In this document: piece after piece, positions 28,649-37,509 of the stretch | Position numbering within the stretch: position 1 is the stretch's first letter | How the letters are laid out: each line of letters starts with the position of its first letter | Assembly (NCBI GenBank): GCA_030427705.1 | Contig: JAUIBR010000002.1 | Coordinates: forward strand, 28,631-92,630 | Length of the DNA stretch: 64,000 bases | DNA from: a bacterium | GTDB lineage: Bacteria; Myxococcota_A; Bradymonadia; Bradymonadales; Bradymonadaceae | Reading direction: 5' to 3' | The notes under the pieces: model-generated | Seen by the model: only the letters and a program-made list of their open reading frames with translations | What the model was told of the DNA's origin: nothing | Databases searched by the model: none | Program-made: the position numbers and the translations under genes

Positions 28649-30019
28649 CTACTCCGAGCCAAACCAATGGGCCTTCATTCGACTCAACAAGTCTTGCGAG
28701 ACTTCGAATCCAGATGAATCTCCAATCACGGAATCTATCGAGCAGTGCGGGCAAAGAGCCGTCCCTTCGTCTTCAAGCCATGCGTGAATTTGCTCGGGTG
28801 GAAAGATTGCCAGGCAGCAAAAACAACCACACAAATCGCTTGATTCAAGCTCGCTACGGTGGAAGCGCGAGTGCACATGGGCCGCGATGTGGTCATGTTT
28901 TGGCATGGTTTCACCGTCCCTAAACTGTTCAATCAACAACCGCTTGAATTTTCGTTGCGACTTTGAACACCCCTCGGGCATGTCGGGCAGTTCGCTTAGC
29001 TCAACCCCTTTTCGCAACGCTTTATAGGCAATACTGAATTCACCCAACTCCAATGCCCTTGTCAGTCGCTCCTCGGGTAGCTGCAACCCGTTGTGGATGG
29101 CGGCATGAATCAAGGTGTTCAAACATCGCAACTCGAGGGTTAACGCGTCTGAATCCGATAACAGTCGTCGCCAAACCTCTTGCATCCTCAAGGTGAACTC
29201 AGGGTTCAAAATTCCGTGGTGGCACCACACCGACGGAGCCAACGCGTCGACGTTCTCGAGCAGAAGGTCGTTCGACCAATCCTCTCGAATCTCGAGCAAT
29301 AGCCTTTGGTACCGTCGATTTTCAATGAACGCGTTCTTCGATTCACACACGATTCGAACCGCCGTTGGGTCAAGTCCACGAACCCGCAGTTCATCTACGA
29401 CTGCCCAGAAGTAAGACGGGTTGTGGCAGTGCTCAAGGACGGCCAACAGGTTCTGGGCAGTTGGACCGGTGCATTTAATCACCCCAATCAGCGCGACCAT
29501 GTGTTCCCAATCGCAATTTGCCAGGAGGTCGCCAAGCACAACCGCACGTTCGGAATCCGGTAAGTCCAAAAGCGCGATGATGAGATTGGCGGGTTTGCTT
29601 GATAACCAGTCGGCCTGCGGTTGCTCGCCACCCATCCTCGTCCTCACGAAATCTCGCAGCCGAGTGTTGAATTTTGGATTCCTTTGGTCTTCCGCAAGGA
29701 AGGTCGCCAAGGCGTTCTCGATTTCTCGACCCGTCTCGGTCATCAACTGATCCCAAACGTCCTCCAATCCCCCAACTTGCTCACACGCAGCGTCGTCTAG
29801 GCCTGCCAGTATCAGATTGAGCAGACTCCACCGTCGATGCGGAATCTCTTCGATCAGCAACAGTTCAAGCGCCGGGCGGACCACCTCGCGCGTCGCGACG
29901 AAAATCTCCCAATCCTCCAACTCCTCGTAGAAGCGGAGTTCAAGCTCCTCGGCCAACTGCTGCTTTTGCTCGCACGTTGGATAATGTTCATACCAAGTTG
30001 GGTCACAGAAGAATCGCAT
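28649..30019 (-). CDS. hypothetical helical-repeat protein with C-terminal Cys cluster (CPCC-like: CGCFCC...ALCPHCSIDS)
   Basis: 456 aa, Leu-rich helical repeats, no signal peptide. The C-terminal 60 aa carries a CxCxCC...CPxC motif. Confidence 0.55.
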   Translation of the reverse strand: MRFFCDPTWYEHYPTCEQKQQLAEELELRFYEELEDWEIFVATREVVRPALELLLIEEIPHRRWSLLNLILAGLDDAACEQVGGLEDVWDQLMTETGREIENALATFLAEDQRNPKFNTRLRDFVRTRMGGEQPQADWLSSKPANLIIALLDLPDSERAVVLGDLLANCDWEHMVALIGVIKCTGPTAQNLLAVLEHCHNPSYFWAVVDELRVRGLDPTAVRIVCESKNAFIENRRYQRLLLEIREDWSNDLLLENVDALAPSVWCHHGILNPEFTLRMQEVWRRLLSDSDALTLELRCLNTLIHAAIHNGLQLPEERLTRALELGEFSIAYKALRKGVELSELPDMPEGCSKSQRKFKRLLIEQFRDGETMPKHDHIAAHVHSRFHRSELESSDLCGCFCCLAIFPPEQIHAWLEDEGTALCPHCSIDSVIGDSSGFEVSQDLLSRMKAHWFGSE

Positions 30020-30164
30020 CGCGCGTTACATGCACAGAAACCATCGAGACTACAACAACCGACTAACAAGAACCCTGATTCCCGAGTACATCGCCATTGA
30101 CCACAACCTCTGGCAGCGGCTTTCCGTCCTCGCAACAATCGACTTCAGCTTTCACGTTTGGCGC

Positions 30165-30279
30165 TCCGATTCACGACTCTCGATTTCCGATTTTCCGATT
30201 TTCCGATTTCCGATTTCCGGTTTCGAACCGCGAGCCCCTCGCCGCAGGCCCCAAATTCCAAGCCAAGAACCAATAAATC
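30165..30279. repeat. composite element copy: TTCCGAT heptamers, GAGCCCC block, CCAAGCCAAGAACCAA block
   Basis: Same modules in the same order as in 28208..28648 and 31866..32235. Confidence 0.8.
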
Positions 30280-30690
30280 TCAAGGCTTGGAGAGTTTTGG
30301 AGGCCGCTTCGATTCCTGAGGCACTGACCAACCTAAACCGCCACAATTACAGATGGCCTCGGGATGTTTGGGAATTTCACCTGTGCCAGCGCAATATTCA
30401 CATGCGACGGCATCCTCGGGCCGGAGAATCAGCTGGGACAACTCCGGCCATGTCTTGCTGCCCTGATGAAGCGCCAACCGAGCCCAAAACGGATTCACCT
30501 CTGCAACTTCTTCGGAATCTTGGTGCCAGTATCTGACATGGAAATTGCGGGTGAGGAAGAAGGCACCAAACCAATCGAAGTAAAGCGGCAGACCTAACTC
30601 TTCGACGGGTCTCACCCATTCATACTTCAGGTTGATAAAGTATCCTTCTATCGCGCTGTCCACCCATTCTGCCGTCTTCCAATCAGACAT
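30280..30690 (-). CDS. hypothetical small protein with C-terminal CxxC...CxC motif
   Basis: 136 aa, Trp-rich, with ACEYCAGTGEIPKHPEAICNCGG near the C-terminus. Confidence 0.45.
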   Translation of the reverse strand: MSDWKTAEWVDSAIEGYFINLKYEWVRPVEELGLPLYFDWFGAFFLTRNFHVRYWHQDSEEVAEVNPFWARLALHQGSKTWPELSQLILRPEDAVACEYCAGTGEIPKHPEAICNCGGLGWSVPQESKRPPKLSKP

Positions 30691-30699
30691 CGAATGTTA

Positions 30700-30775
30700 C
30701 CCAGTTCCCAAACTCAAGCCCTCGAGCCCCTAGCCCCCGAGCCACTAGCCCGCGAGCCGAGAACCAACGACCCAA
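30700..30775. repeat. composite element copy (GAGCCCCTAGCCCCCGAGCC... plus GAGAACCAA)
   Basis: Shares the GAGCCCC(T/C)AGCC module with 32140..32200 and, as a reverse complement, with 33676..33710. Confidence 0.75.
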
Positions 30776-31849
30776 TCACGTAGCTAGAATCTGCCCTTTT
30801 TCAGTCAACGTTACCATTGTGCCATTCGAAGTGACGCACCCGAGGTCTTCGAGGCGGCGCAAGGTATGCCGCACGGCGTCCTCGCTTCCGAAGTCTTGAG
30901 CGGCCTGTAGCAACGCGGATTCGTGGGCTGTCCCACCGCTGACGTTCAGCATTCTTAGAATATGGGCATCCCGGACCGAGAGTGCAGATTTGGAGAAAAA
31001 ACGCATTCGCGTTGCGCCGCCCAGCTGGCTGACCATCCTCATCATAGTTCGCAGTCTCGTGCCATCGCCCAACCGGGATACCCAAATCTTCTGCCCCTCA
31101 AATTCAAGAAGGTCGGCAGAAAATCGCCACTCAGGCGAGGGTTCCTCGTGCTCAGCCAACAACTCATGCACGATTCGTCTCGTGTGTCCCAACGCTACAC
31201 GCAAAGTTGATTCGTCGAACTCGGGATTTGTATCCAGGTCAACTTCGGCCTGTGATGCGAGTTTCAGCACTCGTACCAATTCAGGGAACGGATTGTCCGC
31301 CATCGCCGACATCCGTTGTTCCGAAGCTCCGACGCCGGCGATCAGGCAAATGATGATAGGAATCTCACTTGCGGGTGGAGAAGGCGATTCCAGTAATTGC
31401 TGTTTCCTTTTGTCTATCGCCCGTTTGCGAGCTCGTTCCTGCTTGCAGGGCCAACAAATGTCATTGGGTACATAGGGAGAGTCGTTCGGGAGAAAGAGAT
31501 TACCGCATTGAGTGCATGTGGATGCCTGCGAACGTTGCGCATAGGTCGGTGCATCATCGTCTGGTGTTTCGGGCCGTGGAAACCAAACGGTCCACCCAAG
31601 CTGCTCCAATCGCCTTCCTACCTCGCTTGCCACTCTGGCTTCTGGCCAAGGCGGGACATCACCAGCAAACATTCGGAAGTCTCCGCCGTAGCTCAACACG
31701 TTCACGTCTTCACCGTCGACAACGAGGGCCAAGAACCAACCCTGCGTATCGCCGTCCCAAAGTGCCTCGAACACGTGCGGTTCAACACCTGGCTTCGCCG
31801 CTTTCAGACACCGGCCGACGTACTTTTTGACCTCGTCTTCGAACTTCAT
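30776..31849 (-). CDS. hypothetical protein with central zinc-ribbon-like CxxC...CxxC and C-terminal winged-helix-like region
   Basis: STCTQCGN...DICWPCKQERARKRAIDKRK. The C-terminus (VRHTLRRLEDLGCVTSNGTMVTLTEKG) resembles a MarR/TrmB-type wHTH. Start uncertain between GTG at 31867 and ATG at 31849. Confidence 0.5.
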   Translation of the reverse strand: MKFEDEVKKYVGRCLKAAKPGVEPHVFEALWDGDTQGWFLALVVDGEDVNVLSYGGDFRMFAGDVPPWPEARVASEVGRRLEQLGWTVWFPRPETPDDDAPTYAQRSQASTCTQCGNLFLPNDSPYVPNDICWPCKQERARKRAIDKRKQQLLESPSPPASEIPIIICLIAGVGASEQRMSAMADNPFPELVRVLKLASQAEVDLDTNPEFDESTLRVALGHTRRIVHELLAEHEEPSPEWRFSADLLEFEGQKIWVSRLGDGTRLRTMMRMVSQLGGATRMRFFSKSALSVRDAHILRMLNVSGGTAHESALLQAAQDFGSEDAVRHTLRRLEDLGCVTSNGTMVTLTEKGQILAT

Positions 31850-31865
31850 GAGCACTCTCGAGTTC

Positions 31866-32235
31866 ACAGCTCCCTGCGGTCGCGTTTCAGGCTTCGGCTT
31901 CGCCTCGCCGTTACAGCTCCCTGCGGTCGCGTTTCAGGCTTCGGCTTCGCCTCGCCGTTACAGCTCCCTTCGGTCGCGTTTTCCGCCCGCCCTTCGGGCT
32001 GCGGGATTTCTACTTTCGATTTCCGATTCTCGATTTCCGATTTCCGATTCTCGATTTCCGATTTCCGATTCTCGATTTCCGAGTTTCGAGTTTCGAGTTT
32101 CGAGTCTCGGCTTTCGATTTCCGATTTTCGCCCCCCGAGCCCCCTAGCCGCTAGCCTCCGAGCCCCTAGCCCCCTAGCCTCGAGCCCCCGAGCCCCCAAG
32201 CCGCGAACCGAAAACCAAGAACCAAGAACCAAGAT
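31866..32235. repeat. composite element copy: 2.6 x 47-nt unit (TTACAGCTCCCTGCGGTCGCGTTTCAGGCTTCGGCTTCGCCTCGCCG), 3 x 21-nt (TTTCCGATTCTCGATTTCCGA), GTTTCGAG repeats, GAGCCCC(C/T)AGCC repeats, GAACCAAGA x3
   Basis: Read directly from the sequence. Track ORFs 31397..32239(+), 31827..32147(+) and 31864..32232(-) are low-complexity read-through of the repeats. Confidence 0.85.
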
Positions 32236-33675
32236 CTAAGCCACCACGTGCTTTTTCACCGTCCGCCGATCCAACCCCGTAATCCGCGCGACCTCTTCGT
32301 ACGTGCCATGCCGCTCATAGAGGAGTTTGCAGTAGTGGTCGACCAGCTCGCGAGCGTCGAATAGCTCGTTGTTGATTTGGTCGGCCAGGCCGGCAGGTGA
32401 GCCGGCGTTGCCCGTTTCGAACGAGCAGCGGCCGGTTAGGATGATCTGGCGAGCGGCCTGTTCAAGTTCGCGGACGTTGCCCGGCCACGCGTAGTCCTCG
32501 GGAACCGTCTTTTGAATCGTATCCAATACAACATCCGCCATGCCCTCCTCGCCCATAATTCTGCCGGTGATGGTCCTGACCAACATCGGCAGAACTGTGT
32601 CGGATTCGCGGATGCGTTGGCGAAGCGTGGGCATCTCGATCACATCGCTGCACAGGCGATAGTAGAAGTCGTCGCGGAAGGCGCCGGACTCACGTAGTTC
32701 GCCAATTGGGCGGTTTGTGGCGGCGAGCACACGGCCGGGGAATCGTTGTTGCTCGTGGGAGCCGACTGGCGAATACAAACGTTCTTGCAGCACACGGAGC
32801 AGCTTGATTTGGATATGGACCGAGACGTCGCCAATCTCGTCCAGGAAGATGGTCCCGTGCGGTTCGCAGCGTTGAAATACGCCGGTGTGCGAGTCGATGG
32901 CGCCTGTGAACGCGCCTTTACGGTGGCCGAAGAGCTCGCTCTCGACCAGGCTTTCAGAAAACTCCGAGACGTTGACTGCAAGGAAAGCGGTCGTGAAGGA
33001 CTGCTCGAATCGCTGCGTGCTCAGGTCATAAGGAATCCAACCCGAACGGCCGATTGCCGCAGCTGCCGTGCCCTTCCCGCTTCCGGTCTCTCCAACCAAA
33101 AATGTCGAGAAGTCTTCCATTCGGTCCCACAACCGAGCCTCGTACGTGCGCACATCGTGGGTGAAGATGTTGTTCCAGACCTGCTCACGGATCGCGACCA
33201 TCGACCGCGAGTCCCCCAACAACGACGTCGAGATAAAGTAAAACGCTCGCCGAATCTGATAGAACAGTGCCACCGCCCGAAGCGCGCGTGGCTCGGGCAC
33301 GTCAGCCGCCACCAGCTCGTGCACTAGCTCCGCACCAAACGGCGCTTTTAGCGGCTTAGCCGCCGTCAGCTGCCGCTGAATATGCTCGTCCATTTGCGGC
33401 GAGTATTTGTGGAATTCCGAGAAGAGCAGCGCGTACTCGATAAGCTCGCGGTCGCCAGATTCCCATTCGGACAGCTTCAACGGCCCAATACGCGTCAGGC
33501 GCATCCAGAGATTCTGAATCATCTCCTCAAGCACACGCTCGCGCGACGCGCCGGATGCGGCCTCGGCCAGGCGCACGTCGACTTCATGGCGGCGGGAACC
33601 AAACGGATTGGCAAACGCAGCTTCTGTCACCAGTGTGAAGAAGTCTCGGTCTTCGGGGCTCAACGACTTCGCCAT
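32236..33675 (-). CDS. sigma-54-dependent transcriptional activator (bacterial enhancer-binding protein) with non-receiver N-terminal domain
   Basis: AAA+ sigma-54 interaction domain (GETGSGKGTAAAAIG, ESELFGHRKGAFTGA, and a GAFTGA-type sigma-54 contact) plus a C-terminal Fis-type HTH (YEEVARITGLDRRTVKKHV). The first ~190 aa lack the receiver Asp-pocket pattern. Confidence 0.9.
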   Translation of the reverse strand: MAKSLSPEDRDFFTLVTEAAFANPFGSRRHEVDVRLAEAASGASRERVLEEMIQNLWMRLTRIGPLKLSEWESGDRELIEYALLFSEFHKYSPQMDEHIQRQLTAAKPLKAPFGAELVHELVAADVPEPRALRAVALFYQIRRAFYFISTSLLGDSRSMVAIREQVWNNIFTHDVRTYEARLWDRMEDFSTFLVGETGSGKGTAAAAIGRSGWIPYDLSTQRFEQSFTTAFLAVNVSEFSESLVESELFGHRKGAFTGAIDSHTGVFQRCEPHGTIFLDEIGDVSVHIQIKLLRVLQERLYSPVGSHEQQRFPGRVLAATNRPIGELRESGAFRDDFYYRLCSDVIEMPTLRQRIRESDTVLPMLVRTITGRIMGEEGMADVVLDTIQKTVPEDYAWPGNVRELEQAARQIILTGRCSFETGNAGSPAGLADQINNELFDARELVDHYCKLLYERHGTYEEVARITGLDRRTVKKHVVA

Positions 33676-33850
33676 TTGCGGCTCGGGGCTAGGGGGCTAG
33701 AGAACTCGGGCAGCTACACATTGAATGTACACCCCATACGCACTCAACGTACAGCCCCACCATCCAACAAGAAGCAACCCCAACGCTTCAAGAAACCAAA
33801 AAACCAACCAATAACCAACAACTTAAAACCAAGAACCTTTGTTGGCACGG
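33676..33850. repeat. composite element copy (GGCTCGGGGCTAGGGGGCTAG, the reverse-complement orientation of the GAGCCCCTAGCC module, then an ACCAA-rich tract)
   Basis: Read directly from the sequence. Confidence 0.7.
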
Positions 33851-33891
33851 CGTTTGTAATTACCCCCTCCGAACTTCAACGGAGATTGAAC

Positions 33892-34164
33892 ATGGAACAG
33901 AAAGACACAGCAGCTTGGATTTTTCAGTGTTGGGCATCCTTCATTTTGGCATTCGGAACGACGGGTATCGGCGTCTACTTCCTTCCGGTGGACCTGTGGG
34001 TGCGCGGGTTCATGTGGATGGGAATGCTCTTCACTGTCGGGTCGTCATTCACACTGGCGAAGACCATCCGAGACCAACACGAATCGGAGCGGTTTCGGAA
34101 CCGAATCAAGGAAGCAAAAGCGGACAAGATCCTCAGCGAATTTGAGTTTCGCGACGCAGCCTAA
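33892..34164 (+). CDS. small two-helix inner-membrane protein (YiaA/B-like), hypothetical
   Basis: 90 aa with two hydrophobic helices (WASFILAFGTTGIGVYFL; FMWMGMLFTVGSSFTLA) and a basic C-tail. RBS GGAGA lies 7 nt upstream. Confidence 0.5.
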   Translation: MEQKDTAAWIFQCWASFILAFGTTGIGVYFLPVDLWVRGFMWMGMLFTVGSSFTLAKTIRDQHESERFRNRIKEAKADKILSEFEFRDAA

Positions 34165-34280
34165 ACCCTCATAACCCCGCATTTCATCAGGACTTCCTAC
34201 ACACACCTACCTACGGAATAACTTGAATAGCGGGTGCAGAATCCCTACTATTCAATCAGGAATTTTCTGAAGGAAGCAGT

Positions 34281-34655
34281 ATGAAGAAGATCCTGGTCGT
34301 CGAAGATGATCCGGTAAACGCAATGATGGTGTTCGATTACCTTCAGACGCATGGCTATGACGTAGCCGTCGTCATGAATGGAGAGGACGCGGTCGAGAAG
34401 TGCGTCACGCTCGAGCCGGATTTGATGATTGTCGACGTGCTCTTGCCAAAGAAGAACGGCTTCAACGTCTGCGACGAGGTGACTCGCCTGAGCAACGGGC
34501 AGGTCCAAGTGCTCTTGATGAGCGCCGTCTACAAAGACAATCACGCGCACGACTACGCCGCCAACGATCTGAACGCTGCGGGATATCTGAACAAGCCCTT
34601 CAAGATGAAGGAGCTCCTGCGTGTGGTGGAAGTCCTCCTAGACACAGCAGCCTAG
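34281..34655 (+). CDS. single-domain response regulator (CheY-like receiver)
   Basis: MKKILVVEDDPVNAMM...DLMIVDVLLPKKNGF...LLMSAVYKD...K has the receiver acidic pocket, phospho-accepting Asp and conserved Lys. No output domain. Confidence 0.85.
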   Translation: MKKILVVEDDPVNAMMVFDYLQTHGYDVAVVMNGEDAVEKCVTLEPDLMIVDVLLPKKNGFNVCDEVTRLSNGQVQVLLMSAVYKDNHAHDYAANDLNAAGYLNKPFKMKELLRVVEVLLDTAA

Positions 34656-36038
34656 ATGCCTGTTCCGGCATTCCTACAAGACCTACTGACCGACGAAACC
34701 CAGGAACGCCTGCGTATGGGCGTACCTTCGGGTTACATCATGATCACCGCACTGGCTGTGTTCGCGGCGGTGTTCCAATGGCAGGGGCTGGTCGGGAACA
34801 TCATGCCGATGTTCTACATTTTCATCCCGCTGAAATACGTCACCAATACGCTGATGTGGTGGGCGCTAGTGAAGCGCAAACAGCGTCTGATCTGGATTAC
34901 GATCAATCAACTCGCTGACATCGTGGTTCTGACGGCGATCGTGTATTTCACGGGCGGGCCCGCGTCTCCGCTGGCATCGCTATACCTTTTGGTTTTGGGC
35001 GTCATCGCAGCTTTGTCCAATATTGGGGCGACCATTGCGGTCGCGATCACGATGGTCGTCCTGTATTCGACGATGCTCATCTTGATCGCAGCCGGGGTTT
35101 CGACGCTTCACCCGCCCATATTGCAGACCGTCTTCGAAACGACCGGTACCACGTGGTCGGTCGTCGTGCTGGATGTGGCGAAACTGGCGACGATGCTCGC
35201 GATGCTCGCCGTGGCGATCTCAGGCATCGTCCAGGTCCTGCGCGACCGTGAAGCACAGCTACGCGATCGGAATGAGGAGCTGAAAGAGGCGAGCCGGCTG
35301 AAGAGCGAGTTTGTCGCGAACATGACGCATGAGCTCCGAACGCCAATTCACGGTGTGTTGGGGCTGGCCGAGATGTTGGATGATGGGATTTACGGCGAAT
35401 TGAACGAACGGCAGAAGATTGCGTTGGAGAACATCAATCGCAGTGCGACCGGCTTGTTGGACATGGTCGACGACTTGCTCAGCTTGGAACGTGTCGAATC
35501 CGGTCGTCTTTCGATTCGGGTTGTTCAGGCAAAAGTGCCAGCGATCTTGGAAGCCGCCGCTGAGACGGCGCAATGGATGAGCGGTAAAAAGCAGCACGCT
35601 ATTCATGTGGAGTGCAGTCCGAAGATCAATCGCGCGTTCACTGATCCAGACCTTGTCGAGCACATTCTGGTGAATTTGGTGTCAAACGCCGTGAAGTTCA
35701 CGCCCGCCGGTGGCGATATCTGGCTGCGTGCGAGTACACCCGATGGCCGCACTCTGGTTCTGGAAGTTGAGGATACGGGGATTGGCATCGCGCCTGAGTT
35801 TCATGCTCGGATCTTCCAGGCATTTCGTCAGGTCGATGCGTCGTCTTCGCGCCAGTATGGCGGGGCCGGCCTGGGTCTGACGGTGGTTTCGCGGCTGGCC
35901 GAGATGCTGAGTGCGCAGGTGGAATTTGAGAGTGAAGTCGGACGCGGAACCAAGTTTACGATCGAGATTCCGCAGTCCGTCATACCGGTCGATAGCGAAG
36001 AGTCGCTGGACGCCCTAGAGTCGAGCGCCACCGGCTGA
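34656..36038 (+). CDS. membrane sensor histidine kinase
   Basis: About 6 TM helices, an H-box (MTHELRTPIHGVLGLAEML), and N, G1 and G2 boxes (GGAGLGLTVVSRLAEML). Its start is 1 nt after the response regulator stop, indicating an operon. Confidence 0.9.
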   Translation: MPVPAFLQDLLTDETQERLRMGVPSGYIMITALAVFAAVFQWQGLVGNIMPMFYIFIPLKYVTNTLMWWALVKRKQRLIWITINQLADIVVLTAIVYFTGGPASPLASLYLLVLGVIAALSNIGATIAVAITMVVLYSTMLILIAAGVSTLHPPILQTVFETTGTTWSVVVLDVAKLATMLAMLAVAISGIVQVLRDREAQLRDRNEELKEASRLKSEFVANMTHELRTPIHGVLGLAEMLDDGIYGELNERQKIALENINRSATGLLDMVDDLLSLERVESGRLSIRVVQAKVPAILEAAAETAQWMSGKKQHAIHVECSPKINRAFTDPDLVEHILVNLVSNAVKFTPAGGDIWLRASTPDGRTLVLEVEDTGIGIAPEFHARIFQAFRQVDASSSRQYGGAGLGLTVVSRLAEMLSAQVEFESEVGRGTKFTIEIPQSVIPVDSEESLDALESSATG

Positions 36039-37016
36039 AAACGTGAGCCGACCACCGCTAGTGATTTCGGCGACCTGTGATTGGCAGATGACCTCACCAG
36101 CAAGGAAGCTGGAGCCGACTTCTTCTTCGACAACATCGGTGCCGTAGCAGACCTCGAACGACGTGGGCTGCGGAATGTACTGATGCTGCACGCATTCACC
36201 GGCTTCTTCTGAAGAGTACACGCGGGAGTAAGTGTTACTGAATGTCGCCTCGATGGTTTCGCCAGGCTCAAGCGTACGGATGCTATCCTGCGGACAGGCC
36301 TCAGCGGCGCAGGCAATGTCACACAATCCTTCGCCACATTCGCACAGGCAGTGTCCGCCGCGAACTTCTTCACCACTGCTGGCGAGCGATACCCACGCGT
36401 TGAAATCACAGAATTGGGTTTCCTGGATGAAGACGGGCTGTGTTCCCAGATTTTCTAGAACCACCGTGAATGGCTTGTCGTTGGGTTGAACTTCGTGAGC
36501 GATCGCGACCGGGATGATGTCGTCTACGCCGGCGACGAACTCAACACGTTGGCACGTGCGGCCGAGCATCGTGCGCTCAAACTCGTCTGCGCCTTCATAG
36601 TTGATCCCGTAACAAAGCTCGGCTTCAAGGGTCTTACCTTTGAATCCAACGAACTCGCACGCTCCATCGTTGAACTTCTGACGGCCATCAAAGAGGCCAA
36701 TCTTCGTTTCCCCGGGTCGAAGTTCATAGATGGCAGGGCCCGCCCACGCTGCGCAATCTAGCTCATCACAGGTGCAAGGCTCAGGCAGCTGAATCTCGGT
36801 CTCGCCGTCGAAAACGCGCTGCAGCAGGAAGTCATCCACATACACCGAGGAATGACCAGTGTTGGTCATGTGGAACTGCGTCACCACGAAGCTTAGATTG
36901 TTGTTATTGTTGTTATTGTTGTTTCCGTTGCCCTTCGTGTCTGGCGCCTCGATACAAGCCGTCAGGCCGAGTGCTAACAGGATGGCGATCATTTGGATCG
37001 TGTTGCGGGTGTTCAT
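36015..37016 (-). CDS. secreted lipoprotein with poly-Asn linker, hypothetical
   Basis: MNTRNTIQMIAILLALGLTAC (lipobox), then GNGNNNNNNNNNL, then a Cys-containing beta-rich domain. Convergent with the histidine kinase and overlaps it by 24 nt. Confidence 0.65.
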   Translation of the reverse strand: MNTRNTIQMIAILLALGLTACIEAPDTKGNGNNNNNNNNNLSFVVTQFHMTNTGHSSVYVDDFLLQRVFDGETEIQLPEPCTCDELDCAAWAGPAIYELRPGETKIGLFDGRQKFNDGACEFVGFKGKTLEAELCYGINYEGADEFERTMLGRTCQRVEFVAGVDDIIPVAIAHEVQPNDKPFTVVLENLGTQPVFIQETQFCDFNAWVSLASSGEEVRGGHCLCECGEGLCDIACAAEACPQDSIRTLEPGETIEATFSNTYSRVYSSEEAGECVQHQYIPQPTSFEVCYGTDVVEEEVGSSFLAGEVICQSQVAEITSGGRLTFSAGGARL

Positions 37017-37199
37017 GGTGTTCTCCTTGGTGGCATCAAGCAATCTAGTACCGTAAGAGCAATCGCCGTGCCGATACACAGAACAACTCTCGACCGCTAG
37101 TATTCATGCGCCAAACCATCCATACACTCCTGTCGGGACCGTTGTGAATCCACAGTTTTTTGATGATTTCCATGTCACACCCTGACTGTGATCTCACAA

Positions 37200-37420
37200 C
37201 TTTCTGACACTCTCGAGGTTATCTTCGGCTGCGCCGAGTTTTCTTCGACTTCGTCGGTTCTCTTTTGCCTTCGGCAAGTTGTCTTCGGCTGCGCCGAGTC
37301 TTTAGCACCCTAGCTATCTGGCAATTTGGCGGTGGTCCCAACTGCGCGAAGCGCAAGCAAACTCGCGTAGCGAAAGATGACTCGCCGCAGGCGAAAGATA
37401 ACTCGCGCAGCGAAAGACGA
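37200..37420. repeat. hairpin-array element: left arm of ~22-nt units (CTTCGGCTGCGCCGAGTTTTCT-like) x4, an ~40-nt centre, then a right arm of reverse-complement-like units (AACTCGCGTAGCGAAAGATGAC-like) x4
   Basis: Read directly from the sequence. Same architecture as 22339..22523 and 24007..24252. Confidence 0.8.
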
Positions 37421-37509
37421 CCCAAACACTGAACACAATATCAGTATTTAACCTAGACCACTGAACACCTGTCTGGTATGTTTATCGACCGCGTTGCACA
37501 GGAGGGTAA

